Positions 30,829 to 39,479 of a stretch of DNA of 64,000 nucleotides are shown piece by piece. The notes under the pieces are model-generated. The model was given only the letters and a program-made list of their open reading frames with translations. It ran no database searches and had not been told where the DNA came from. How positions within the stretch are numbered: the first letter of the stretch is position 1; the number at the start of each line of letters is the position of its first letter. The position numbers were made by a program, and so were the translations under genes. The DNA is from Planctomycetota bacterium (GTDB taxonomy: Bacteria; Planctomycetota; UBA1135; UBA2386): positions 5,248,001-5,312,000 of the forward strand of contig JBKAGP010000001.1 of NCBI GenBank assembly GCA_046290465.1, read 5' to 3'.

Positions 30829-31329
30829 GTGACGGAACAACCTCAACAACCCGCGTCGCGCACCGCCGACGCTCCTCGTCCTCTCGCGACGCACCTCGCC
30901 GCACGCCTCCGCGAACTCCGCGCGCGCCGCGGCTTCACCCAGGATCACGTGGCCAAGCGCCTCGGCTGCCATGAGTCGGCCGTGTCGCGTTGGGAGAGCG
31001 GCAGCCGCTTCCCGACCGGCGAGGACCTGGTCGCGCTCGCCGACCTGTTCGAGGTCAGCACCGACGACCTGCTCGGTCGCGGACGTCAGTATGCGACCGG
31101 GGGATCGGCCCTGGTCGACATGCGCCTGCTCGAGAAGCTCGCATCGGCCGAGACCACCGAGCAGTTCGACGCGATGATCCAGGAGCACGAAGAGCAGGCG
31201 GTCTGGCTGCCGGTGCCCGAGGGATCGGTGCTGGTGCCGGTGGCCGAGGCGATGCGCTGGGCGCGCAAGGTCGCCGAGAAGCACAAGGACAGCCGCTACG
31301 TCGACCGCCTGTTCCGCCCGCGCGGCTGA
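30829..31329 (+). CDS. XRE-family helix-turn-helix regulator
   Basis: RLRELRARRGFTQDHVAKRLGCHESAVSRWESGSRFP...LADLFEVSTDDLLG; start uncertain (GTG). Confidence 0.88.
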   Translation: MTEQPQQPASRTADAPRPLATHLAARLRELRARRGFTQDHVAKRLGCHESAVSRWESGSRFPTGEDLVALADLFEVSTDDLLGRGRQYATGGSALVDMRLLEKLASAETTEQFDAMIQEHEEQAVWLPVPEGSVLVPVAEAMRWARKVAEKHKDSRYVDRLFRPRG

Positions 31330-31413
31330 GTCGCGACGCGGCGTTTGCCGGTCCCCGCGTTCGCCCGCAAAGTAGCGGTGCCCGGCGCGATCTGCGGCCT
31401 ATGCTGCGCGCCG

Positions 31414-31869
31414 ATGAAGGTGTTCCTCGACATCGACGGCGTGCTGCTCGGCACCGACCGCACCCGCGCGAGCCGGGCGGCGCTGGCCGACCACGCAGGT
31501 GACTTCCTCGAGTTCGCGCTGCGGCACTGCAGCGTGTTCTGGCTGTCGGACCTGAGCCGCGGTGGCGCTGCGGCCGCCCTGCAACACGTCGTGCGGCACA
31601 CGCCGATGAGCGAACGCGAACGGCTGATGTCGCTGGGCAGCAAGGTCCAGGCGACGCGCTTCGAGACCCACAAGGTCGAGGCGCTGCCGCAGGTCGACGA
31701 GCCGTTCGTGTGGCTGGACGACGGGCCGTCGGGTCCGGAGCTGGATTGGCTGCGCCAGCGCGGCTGGCTCGATCGGTGGTTGTGGGTGGACACCCGCGAG
31801 GAGCCGGAGGATCTGCTGCGCGCGAAGCGCTGGCTGCAGCAGCGTCTCGAACTCGCCGCCGGCTCCTGA
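31414..31869 (+). CDS. Small HAD-superfamily protein
   Basis: FLDIDGVL motif I, WLS motif II, K, and FVWLDD motif IV. Confidence 0.7.
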   Translation: MKVFLDIDGVLLGTDRTRASRAALADHAGDFLEFALRHCSVFWLSDLSRGGAAAALQHVVRHTPMSERERLMSLGSKVQATRFETHKVEALPQVDEPFVWLDDGPSGPELDWLRQRGWLDRWLWVDTREEPEDLLRAKRWLQQRLELAAGS

Positions 31870-31885
31870 GCCAGCTCCGAGGTCG

Positions 31886-32905
31886 CTACTGCTGCAGGCG
31901 CGCGCAGATCGCCTTGGTGAACGCGGCGGTGTCGAGCGCGCCGCCGAGGTCGGCGGTCGCCTCACCGGCTGCGATCGCGCCGCGAACGGCCTCGTCAAGC
32001 ATCGTGCCGAGCCCGCGGAAGCCGCTGTGCGTCAGCAGCATCGCGAATGCCAGCAGCGCAGCGGACGGGTTGCAGACGCCCTTGCCGGCGATGTCGGGCG
32101 CGGTGCCGCCGGCCGGGTCGAACATCGCCAGCGAGACCTCGCCGGCGTCGTCGAACGCGTAGTTGGCGCTGGCGCCGAGGCCGATGCTGCCGACCATGCC
32201 GCACGCCATGTCCGAGAGGAAGTCGCCGTATTCGTTGGGCGTGACCACGACGCGGTAGCCCTCGGGGTTCTTCAGCAGCTTGTAGAGCAGCGCGTCGAAC
32301 AGCTCGCTCTGGTGGCCGACGCCTTCGAAGTCGGTGGCGACCCCGCGCACGATCTCCTCGAAGAAGCCGTCGGTGGCGCGCTGGATCGTGTACTTGCTCG
32401 AGCTGACCAGGTCGCAGCCGAGCCGCTGCGCCAGACGGAACGCGTAGCGCGCCGCCTCGCGGGCCGGCCGGCGTTCGATCACGCGGATCGAAACCGCCAC
32501 CTCGTCGCCGATGCGACGGCCGGCGTCCTCGTAGGTGCCGCCGACCGCGATGCGGATGATGTGCAGGTCGACCTTGCCGTCGTGCCGCGTCTCGACGCCG
32601 GGCAGGCTCGCGACGGGGCGATGGATCACCGAGAAGTTGCAGCGCTCGCGCAGCACCTTGTTGGGGCTCTCGGTCTCGGTGACGGTCGGATACTTGATCG
32701 ACACCCCGTGCCGCTTCATCGCGGCCAACGCCTGGTCGTAGCACGCGTCGGCGTCCTTGCGGCGCGACGCGAGCGTCAGGTCGGCCGGGTGGAAGTGCAC
32801 GTTGAGGGGCAGGGTCTCGGCGACCTGGTGCACGCTCTGCGACAGTTCGGCGGAGATGCCGTCGCCGAGCAGTTCGGCGACGTGGAGGGATTCGCGGTCG
32901 GGCAT
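31886..32905 (-). CDS. Isocitrate/isopropylmalate dehydrogenase family protein
   Basis: GDGISAE, SPNKVLR, NEYGDFLSD, TAPDIAGKG..NP and TADLGG motifs. Confidence 0.88.
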   Translation of the reverse strand: MPDRESLHVAELLGDGISAELSQSVHQVAETLPLNVHFHPADLTLASRRKDADACYDQALAAMKRHGVSIKYPTVTETESPNKVLRERCNFSVIHRPVASLPGVETRHDGKVDLHIIRIAVGGTYEDAGRRIGDEVAVSIRVIERRPAREAARYAFRLAQRLGCDLVSSSKYTIQRATDGFFEEIVRGVATDFEGVGHQSELFDALLYKLLKNPEGYRVVVTPNEYGDFLSDMACGMVGSIGLGASANYAFDDAGEVSLAMFDPAGGTAPDIAGKGVCNPSAALLAFAMLLTHSGFRGLGTMLDEAVRGAIAAGEATADLGGALDTAAFTKAICARLQQ

Positions 32906-32973
32906 GTGGTTCGGAAGTGCGGTGCCCGGATGCTATGCGTTCGGCACGGGTGATTCCCGTGCCGGTTGCGGCG

Positions 32974-34374
32974 TCACCCGTCGGCGTCGCCTGCCTTGCG
33001 GGGAAGCACGACGACGAACCGGGCGCCGCCCTGCGGCGAGTCGAGCACCTGGATGCTGCCCCCGTGGTCGTCGACGGCCATACGGGTGATGGCGAGCCCG
33101 AGCCCGAAGCCGAAGCCGGCGCGGCTGCCGATGGGCGACGTGCTGGTTTCGAACGGTACGAAGATTCGTTCGCGTTCAGCTACTGGCACACCCGGCCCTT
33201 CGTCGTGCACCTCGATACGCAGGTCTCGTTCGTCGCCGGCCAGCACCACGCGCACCAGGCCACCGTCGGGCGACCACCGGATCGCGTTGTTGACCAGGTT
33301 GCGGATCACGCGGGCCAGGGCCTCCCGGTCGCCGATCATGTCGGTCGAGCCGTCGGTCTCGAACTGCAGCCGCACGCCTCGCGTTGACGCCAGCTGGCGC
33401 TCGGCCTGCAGCCGCAGCTGGCACTCCTCGGTCATCGAGAAGCGTTCGCGGTGGGAGCGGCGCTCGGGCTCGTGGGCCGCGCAGACGTGCAGCAGGTTGT
33501 CGACGGCCCGCGCGAACTCGTGGTGTTCCTGCAGCTGGCGTTCGAGCAGCGCGCGGTAGGTGTCGCGGTCGCGCTCGCGTAGCAGCGCCACTTCGGCCTC
33601 GCCGATCAGGTTCTGCAGCGGCGATCGCAGCTCGTGGGCCAGGCCCGCGGTGAACACCTTGGTCTGGTCGGCTCGTCGCCGCACGTCCTCGAGCATGTTC
33701 CACAGGCGTTCGCGCATCGGCACCAGCTCGTCGGGTAGCCGCGCCGGTCCGGGGGCCTCGCCGCCGGCGCCGAGGTCCTGGGTGACGTGTGCCAACATGG
33801 TGCGCAACCGGCGCGAGAGCACGTTCGCCGCGACCACGCCGAGCAGCAGGGCGAGTGCGCTGGTCGCGAGTCCGATGGTCCAGTAGCGGTCGATCCGGAG
33901 GCGCCGTTCGGCGCCGTCGAGCAGCAGCGTCAGGCCGAGGTCGTCGCGCAGCCGCAGGTCGGCGACGAACAGGCCGTCCTCGGGGCGGCGCACGGCCGGG
34001 TCCTCGACGAATTGCGCCGTCGGGGTGGTCGACGCGGTCGGCAGTCGCGCGACCAGGTCGCGGTCGCCGTGTTCGGCGATCGCGTTGCCGTCGACGAGGT
34101 CGACGAGGCGGAACGCCATCCGGACCTGTGGGTGAGAACGGGACAGGTGCGGCGCGACCACCGCGAGGTCCCGTGCCGGCACCTCGCTGCTCGCGAGCGA
34201 GACGTGCGCCTCCTCGAGTTCCTCACGCACCAGCGTGGCCAGCTCTGCGTCGACGGACTGGCTGAGCCAGGTGACCCCGACGATGGTGGCGACGGCGGCC
34301 GGCAGGGTCGACAGGCAGGCCGACACCAGCGCGACCCGGCGGCGTAGCGACCAGGAGCGGTGCGGCGCGTTCAC
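32974..34374 (-). CDS. Sensor histidine kinase (2 TM, CusS/CzcS-like)
   Basis: AHELRSPL H-box, NLVNNAIRWS, DEGPGVP and GLGLAI motifs. Confidence 0.9.
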   Translation of the reverse strand: MNAPHRSWSLRRRVALVSACLSTLPAAVATIVGVTWLSQSVDAELATLVREELEEAHVSLASSEVPARDLAVVAPHLSRSHPQVRMAFRLVDLVDGNAIAEHGDRDLVARLPTASTTPTAQFVEDPAVRRPEDGLFVADLRLRDDLGLTLLLDGAERRLRIDRYWTIGLATSALALLLGVVAANVLSRRLRTMLAHVTQDLGAGGEAPGPARLPDELVPMRERLWNMLEDVRRRADQTKVFTAGLAHELRSPLQNLIGEAEVALLRERDRDTYRALLERQLQEHHEFARAVDNLLHVCAAHEPERRSHRERFSMTEECQLRLQAERQLASTRGVRLQFETDGSTDMIGDREALARVIRNLVNNAIRWSPDGGLVRVVLAGDERDLRIEVHDEGPGVPVAERERIFVPFETSTSPIGSRAGFGFGLGLAITRMAVDDHGGSIQVLDSPQGGARFVVVLPRKAGDADG

Positions 34375-35054
34375 CTCGGTTCCTCGAGTCGGTAGCCCTC
34401 ACCGCGCACGGTGACCAGCTCCGGCCCTCCGGCCGCCTTCAGCTTGCGGCGCACGCGGCCGACGATCACGTCGACGACATTGGTGCCTGGGTCGTGCTGC
34501 ATGTCCCAGACGTCGGCGAGCAGTTCGGTGCGGCTGAGCACTCGGCCGCGGGCGCGGACGAACGTCGACAGAAGGTCGAACTCGCGCGGACTGAGTTCCA
34601 GCTCGCGGCCACAGCACATGGCCCGGCGCCGTGCCGGCTCGATCGACAGTTCGCCGTAGCCGAACGCGATCCGGCCGTGGCGCCGACGCAGCACCGCCTG
34701 GATGCGCGCCAACAGTTCGGCGAACGCGAACGGCTTCACGACGTAGTCGTCGGCGCCGAGTCGCAGGCCTTCGATGCGGTCGTCGGTCGCGTCGCGGGCG
34801 GTGACCAGGATGACCGCGACGTCGTCGCCGGCTGCGCGCATCTCGGTCAGCAGGTTGCGTCCGTCGGTCGTGCCGAGCATGACGTCGAGCAGCACGATGT
34901 CGAAGCGCTGGTCGCGCAGCAGCGCACGGGCCGCGTCGGTGTCACGGGCGCCTTCGGCGACGAGGTCGGATTCGACCAGCCCCTGCACGACCAATGCGAC
35001 GAGCTTCGGATCGTCGTCGACGACCAGAACACGCGCTCCCTGGGCCAACGGCAT
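34371..35054 (-). CDS. OmpR-family response regulator
   Basis: VVDDD, LDVML, GADDYVVKPF, TNVVDV and TVRGEGY motifs; 4-bp overlap with the kinase. Confidence 0.9.
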   Translation of the reverse strand: MPLAQGARVLVVDDDPKLVALVVQGLVESDLVAEGARDTDAARALLRDQRFDIVLLDVMLGTTDGRNLLTEMRAAGDDVAVILVTARDATDDRIEGLRLGADDYVVKPFAFAELLARIQAVLRRRHGRIAFGYGELSIEPARRRAMCCGRELELSPREFDLLSTFVRARGRVLSRTELLADVWDMQHDPGTNVVDVIVGRVRRKLKAAGGPELVTVRGEGYRLEEPR

Positions 35055-35156
35055 GGCGGCGATCATGGGAGCGGCGCGCCGCCTTTGGAAGGCGATCCGA
35101 GCCAACATGAACGGACTGTCACGTTGCCGTCGGTCGAGGCCGACGATAGTTGGGGC

Positions 35157-35393
35157 ATGGATCAACCCCGGTATCGACGGGCGGCCAGCTTCGTGCTCGG
35201 CACGCTCGTGCTCGGCCTGGCCTCGTGCCAGAAGGTCGAGTTCTACCAGAAGCGCCACCTGTCGAGTGCGTTGATGCAGTTCGACGAGGACCCGACGCTG
35301 GCCAACTTCCAGCAGAAGGTGCTCTACTCGCGCGAGGCGACGACCGGCGGCATCGGCGCCAAGGCCGGCGGAGGCTGCGGATGCACCAACTGA
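35157..35393 (+). CDS. DUF4266 small lipoprotein
   Basis: LASC lipobox; SREATTGG...GGGCGC C-terminus. Confidence 0.85.
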   Translation: MDQPRYRRAASFVLGTLVLGLASCQKVEFYQKRHLSSALMQFDEDPTLANFQQKVLYSREATTGGIGAKAGGGCGCTN

Positions 35394-36652
35394 GCTGGCG
35401 CTCCGCGCTCGCCGTGTCCCTCGCGTTTGTGGCGCTGGCCGCGACGCTGCCCGCGCAGTCGAGTGGCCGCAACGTCGCGGGCCAGACCACGCGCGGCCAG
35501 CAGCCGGTCCCGGGGGCCGATCAGAGCGCGCCCGGCAGCAGCAACGCGCCGGTCGAGAGCTTCGGTGAGGTCGGCGCGGGCCACCTCGGCTTCCGGCTCG
35601 GCTATTACGACAACTCGGACAGCGGCGACGGCAACCCGTTCCTCGACGAGTCGTTGACGGTGATCGAGCCGGTGCTGTTCTTCGACTACAACGTGTCCCG
35701 CAAGACCAACGTCTGGGGCAAGTTCAGCTACGACAACGTGTCGAGCGCGTCGATCGACCGGCTCAGCAACTTCCCCGATCAGAGCGGGGCGTCGGGCGAC
35801 TACTACTTCGGCCTCGAAGGCGGCGCGACGTGGGCGCTCGATGCCGACACGCGCGTCGGGGCGTTCCTGCACGGCAGCGTCGAGTACGACTACCGTTCGT
35901 TCGGGGTCGGCGGCAGCTACGCCCGCGACTACGACGACGACAGCACGACCATCAAGTGGACCGGCAGCCTGTTCCTGGACAGTCTCGATCTGATCCGGTT
36001 CAACGGCATGGAGACCGGTAGCGACAACCGCACGTCGCTGAACCTCGGCGGCAGCTGGTACCAGGTGATCGATCCGCGCATGCACGCGGAGACCGGCTTC
36101 AACCTGACCTACCAGAACGGCTTCCTCGGCACGCCGTACAACGCGGTGGTCGCCGAGGACCCGTCGCTGGCGCCCAACCCCAACCTCGTCGGCAGCGCGC
36201 GCGGCCTCGAGTTCGCCGAGGACCTGCCCGACAGCCGCGTGCGCGTCACCGTGCACGGCCGCGTTCGACGGCTGGTCAGCGACAATGTCGCACTCGAACT
36301 CGGCGGTCGTCTCTACGGCGACGACTGGGGGGTGACCAGCGTGACCCTGGAGCCCGCGGCGTACTTCTGGCTGGTGCCCGAGGTCCTGCGCACGCGCGTC
36401 GGCTACCGCTACTACATGCAAACCGCCGCGGACGACTACCGCGAGCGTTTTGCGGGCACGATGGAGTCCGACCTGCCGCGCTTCCGGACCCAGGACGCCG
36501 ACCTCGGCGAGTTCACGTCGCACGGCTTGGGCCTTCGTTTCGACTGGTTCACCTCGTCCTCGACGCGTTGGGACCTGACCTTCGACTACCAGTCCCGCGA
36601 CGACGGGCTGGACTACCTGTACGGGAGCATCGGATGGACCACCACCTTCTGA
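35381..36652 (+). CDS. DUF3570 outer-membrane beta-barrel protein
   Basis: Signal peptide; DNVSSAS and DQSGAS motifs; EYDYRS, GFLGTPYN, EDLPDSR, YGDDWGV, YRYYMQTAA; terminal Phe. Confidence 0.82.
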   Translation: MHQLSWRSALAVSLAFVALAATLPAQSSGRNVAGQTTRGQQPVPGADQSAPGSSNAPVESFGEVGAGHLGFRLGYYDNSDSGDGNPFLDESLTVIEPVLFFDYNVSRKTNVWGKFSYDNVSSASIDRLSNFPDQSGASGDYYFGLEGGATWALDADTRVGAFLHGSVEYDYRSFGVGGSYARDYDDDSTTIKWTGSLFLDSLDLIRFNGMETGSDNRTSLNLGGSWYQVIDPRMHAETGFNLTYQNGFLGTPYNAVVAEDPSLAPNPNLVGSARGLEFAEDLPDSRVRVTVHGRVRRLVSDNVALELGGRLYGDDWGVTSVTLEPAAYFWLVPEVLRTRVGYRYYMQTAADDYRERFAGTMESDLPRFRTQDADLGEFTSHGLGLRFDWFTSSSTRWDLTFDYQSRDDGLDYLYGSIGWTTTF

Positions 36653-37119
36653 ACGGTCGGCGTTGGCTGCTGGCGATGGCGCTGACGAGCCTGATCGCGG
36701 CCTGCGCCGGGCCCGGCTCGGCGACCGCGCCGGACGTCGACCACCGCGGCGCCACGTTCGTCGACGTCGATGGGGTCACGCACCGGCTCGAGCAGCCGAC
36801 CGTGTTCGTGTTCTGGCAGCCGTGGTGCAAGGCCTGCCGCGAGGAGGCGCCCGAAGCGGTTGCTGCGTCGGTGGAGCTCGGTGGCGAGATGGCGTTCGTC
36901 GGGGTCGTCTCGGGACCCGACGAGGCGGTCGACGGCGCGCTGTTCGACCAGAGCGTCGACGAACTCGGTCTGACCTACCCGCAGGTCCGCGATCGCGACC
37001 TGGCATTGACGCGTCGCTTCGATGTGCGTTCGACGCCGATGGTCGTGATGGTCGGGGGCGACGGGCGGGTGCGCTACCGCGGCAGCAACCTGCCGCGCGA
37101 CTGGTCGCAGCTGCGGTGA
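36634..37119 (+). CDS. TlpA-like thioredoxin-fold lipoprotein
   Basis: FWQPWCKACREEAP CxxC; cis-Pro STP; LIAAC lipobox. Confidence 0.85.
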   Translation: MDHHLLNGRRWLLAMALTSLIAACAGPGSATAPDVDHRGATFVDVDGVTHRLEQPTVFVFWQPWCKACREEAPEAVAASVELGGEMAFVGVVSGPDEAVDGALFDQSVDELGLTYPQVRDRDLALTRRFDVRSTPMVVMVGGDGRVRYRGSNLPRDWSQLR

Positions 37120-37202
37120 GGCCCGATGGTTCGGCGCGCTGGCGCGAGCGTCGAGCGACGCTCGGCGTGTCCAGTCCGATGCGCACGGCTAGCATGATCG
37201 AC

Positions 37203-38198
37203 ATGCGAACCGTGCTCGTCGCGTTGTCGGCCGCCATGATCGGCCTCGGGGCCGCTGCTCAGGAGCCCGTCGAGCGCGTCCGTACGGGCGGCGTCATGGG
37301 CACCGACTTCCGGCTGACGGCGATCGGCAACGACGCCCCGCGGTTGGACGCGGCGCTCGAAGCCGCGATCGTCGAACTGCGGCGAGTCGAAGACCTGATG
37401 ACCGACTGGCGCCCGTCCCCGCTGACCACGCTCAACCTTGCCGCCGGCAAGGAGCCGGTGAAGCTGCCGGTCGAGCTCGCTGCGATCATCGGCCGCGGCA
37501 AGGCGCTCGGTGGGCTGACCGGCGGGGCGTTCGACATCACGTTCGCCGGCGTCGGCAAGCTGTGGGACTTCAAACGACAGCCGCCGATCGTGCCGACCGG
37601 GGCCGAGGTCGAACAGGCGCTGCAGCGGGTCGACTACCGCCGCATCCGGATCGACGAGCACCAGTCGACGGTGGCGATCCCACGCGGTTTTCGCATCGGC
37701 CTCGGCGGCATCGCCAAGGGCTACGGCATCGACCGGGCCATGGCCGTGCTGCGCAAGCACGGTGTCGCCAGCGGCGTCGTCAGCGTCGGAGGGGACATGA
37801 AGGTGCTCGGGCGTAAGCACGGCAAGGCCTGGGAAGTTGGCATCGCCCACCCGCGGGACAAGGAACGGGCGCTCGCCGCGCTGAAGGTCAGCAACACGTG
37901 CGTGGTGACGTCGGGCGACTACGAGCGGTTCTTCGAGGTCGACGGCAAGCGCTACCACCACATCCTCGACCCGCGCACCGGCTATCCGAGCACCGGCTGC
38001 ATCACGGCGACGGTGGTCGCCGTCAACGCCGAGTATGCGGATGCGCTGGCGACCGCCCTTTGCGTGCTCGGGCCCGAGCGCGGCCTCGCGCTGGTCGAGA
38101 AGCTGCCGCGCGTCGAGGCGATCGTCGTCGGGCTCGACGGCGAGGTGGCGGCGTCGACCGGCCTGCGCTCGTCGCTGCTGCCGAAGTCGAAGCGCTGA
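37203..38198 (+). CDS. apbE: FAD:protein FMN transferase
   Basis: MGT, GAFDIT, LGGIAKGY, GGD, TSGDYER, YHHILDPRTGYP and ADALATAL motifs. Confidence 0.92.
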   Translation: MRTVLVALSAAMIGLGAAAQEPVERVRTGGVMGTDFRLTAIGNDAPRLDAALEAAIVELRRVEDLMTDWRPSPLTTLNLAAGKEPVKLPVELAAIIGRGKALGGLTGGAFDITFAGVGKLWDFKRQPPIVPTGAEVEQALQRVDYRRIRIDEHQSTVAIPRGFRIGLGGIAKGYGIDRAMAVLRKHGVASGVVSVGGDMKVLGRKHGKAWEVGIAHPRDKERALAALKVSNTCVVTSGDYERFFEVDGKRYHHILDPRTGYPSTGCITATVVAVNAEYADALATALCVLGPERGLALVEKLPRVEAIVVGLDGEVAASTGLRSSLLPKSKR

Positions 38199-38204
38199 AC
38201 GGCG

Positions 38205-39437
38205 TCAGCGCTGCTTCGACGCGTTGTCGATGTCGTCGGCGGTGCCGGGCTTGCCGTCAGGGCCGTTGCTTCGCACCCGGAACGCCCGCGGCGTGTCGCC
38301 CTCGACCAGCACGTAGTGGTTGCCCCAAGGATCGGTGGGCAGTTCTTCGAGTTCGCTGCGGCCCTTCTCGTCCCTGGTGGCCAGGTCCTCGAGCTTGTCG
38401 GGCAGGCGACCGTTCTTGGCGTAGAACGTGCGGACGGCGCCGGCGATCACGCGCACTTCGCTCCCGGCCTTGGCGATGCGCGCCTCCTCGACCGCCTGCA
38501 GCACCCCGCCGCCGCGCAGCCGGGCGAGCTCGCGGATGTCGGCCGGGGTGGCGCGACGCAGCGTGCTCGAGACCCGCATGCTGGCCTTGGTTCCCGGCGA
38601 GCCGGGCACGGTCAGGTCCGCGGCGGCGCTGGTCTTCGCCGAGACCACGACGCAGCTGCGGCGGTCGAGCGTCTGCTCGCCGCGGATGGTGCCGTCGACG
38701 ACCGCGGAAGTGGCCGGGTCGAACGAACCGCGGTCGTTCTTCTTCAGCGTGCCGCTCCAGACCAGTCGGTAGGCGTCGTCGTCGACCGCGGCCAGCCGGA
38801 CCTCGCTCTCGCGCAGCGTCGGCATCGCCGGGTCGTCGGTGCGGATGACGTGTGGCCAGGTGGCGCCGACGGCGACCTGCTTGCCGGGCAGCCGACCGAA
38901 CGCCGCCTCGACCAGGGCCTCCAGCTTCTCGACGTCGCGCGCGGTTTCGGGGTCGTCGGGCTTCGGCGCGCCCGGGCCGGCCACGAACGCACCCTTCGCC
39001 CGCCCACTGCGGTCGACGGTCGCGCGCAGTTCGAGCCCGGCCGTCTCGAGCATGCGCACGACGCTGGTGCTGATGCCGGCCATCTGGCGGTTGTCGTTCT
39101 TGAGCTTCTCGTCGGCCGAGTCGAAGCGCTTCTCGCGGCCCATCGGCATCGTGACGGACCCGTGCACGCGCAGCACCGCCAGTCGCACCACCAGGCCGCC
39201 GTCGTCGGTCTGGTCCTCGACGCGGATGCCGAACAGCCGTTGGTAGCGGAGGCGGTTGTCGATGGTGGCGTCCTGGTCCTTCAGCCGGACCCGGAGCAGC
39301 TGCTCGGTCGCCTCGACCAGCACGATCCGCTCGCCGGTGCGGGCCTGCACCGACAGGTCGAACGTCTCGGCGTCCTGTTGCGCCGCGAGCGACGCGCAGG
39401 GTGCGATGGCCAGCAGCCAGCGTGGGAGGTTCTGCAT
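38205..39437 (-). CDS. Secreted DUF6263-like protein fused to a C-terminal GspG (pseudopilin globular) domain
   Basis: Signal peptide; FDS...V...G...LPGKQVAVGATW pattern; C-terminus FY..NGRLP..LEDL...LPTDPWGNHY...VRSNGPDGKPGTADDI. Confidence 0.7.
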   Translation of the reverse strand: MQNLPRWLLAIAPCASLAAQQDAETFDLSVQARTGERIVLVEATEQLLRVRLKDQDATIDNRLRYQRLFGIRVEDQTDDGGLVVRLAVLRVHGSVTMPMGREKRFDSADEKLKNDNRQMAGISTSVVRMLETAGLELRATVDRSGRAKGAFVAGPGAPKPDDPETARDVEKLEALVEAAFGRLPGKQVAVGATWPHVIRTDDPAMPTLRESEVRLAAVDDDAYRLVWSGTLKKNDRGSFDPATSAVVDGTIRGEQTLDRRSCVVVSAKTSAAADLTVPGSPGTKASMRVSSTLRRATPADIRELARLRGGGVLQAVEEARIAKAGSEVRVIAGAVRTFYAKNGRLPDKLEDLATRDEKGRSELEELPTDPWGNHYVLVEGDTPRAFRVRSNGPDGKPGTADDIDNASKQR

Positions 39438-39479
39438 ACGCGGATTGTCGCGCAGGAGCCGGCCGAATGGGCGGCCCGA

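Noticed and set aside
30090..31869. Prophage immunity region or toxin-antitoxin/defence module
   Set aside because: No integrase, phage structural, nuclease or toxin genes are nearby.
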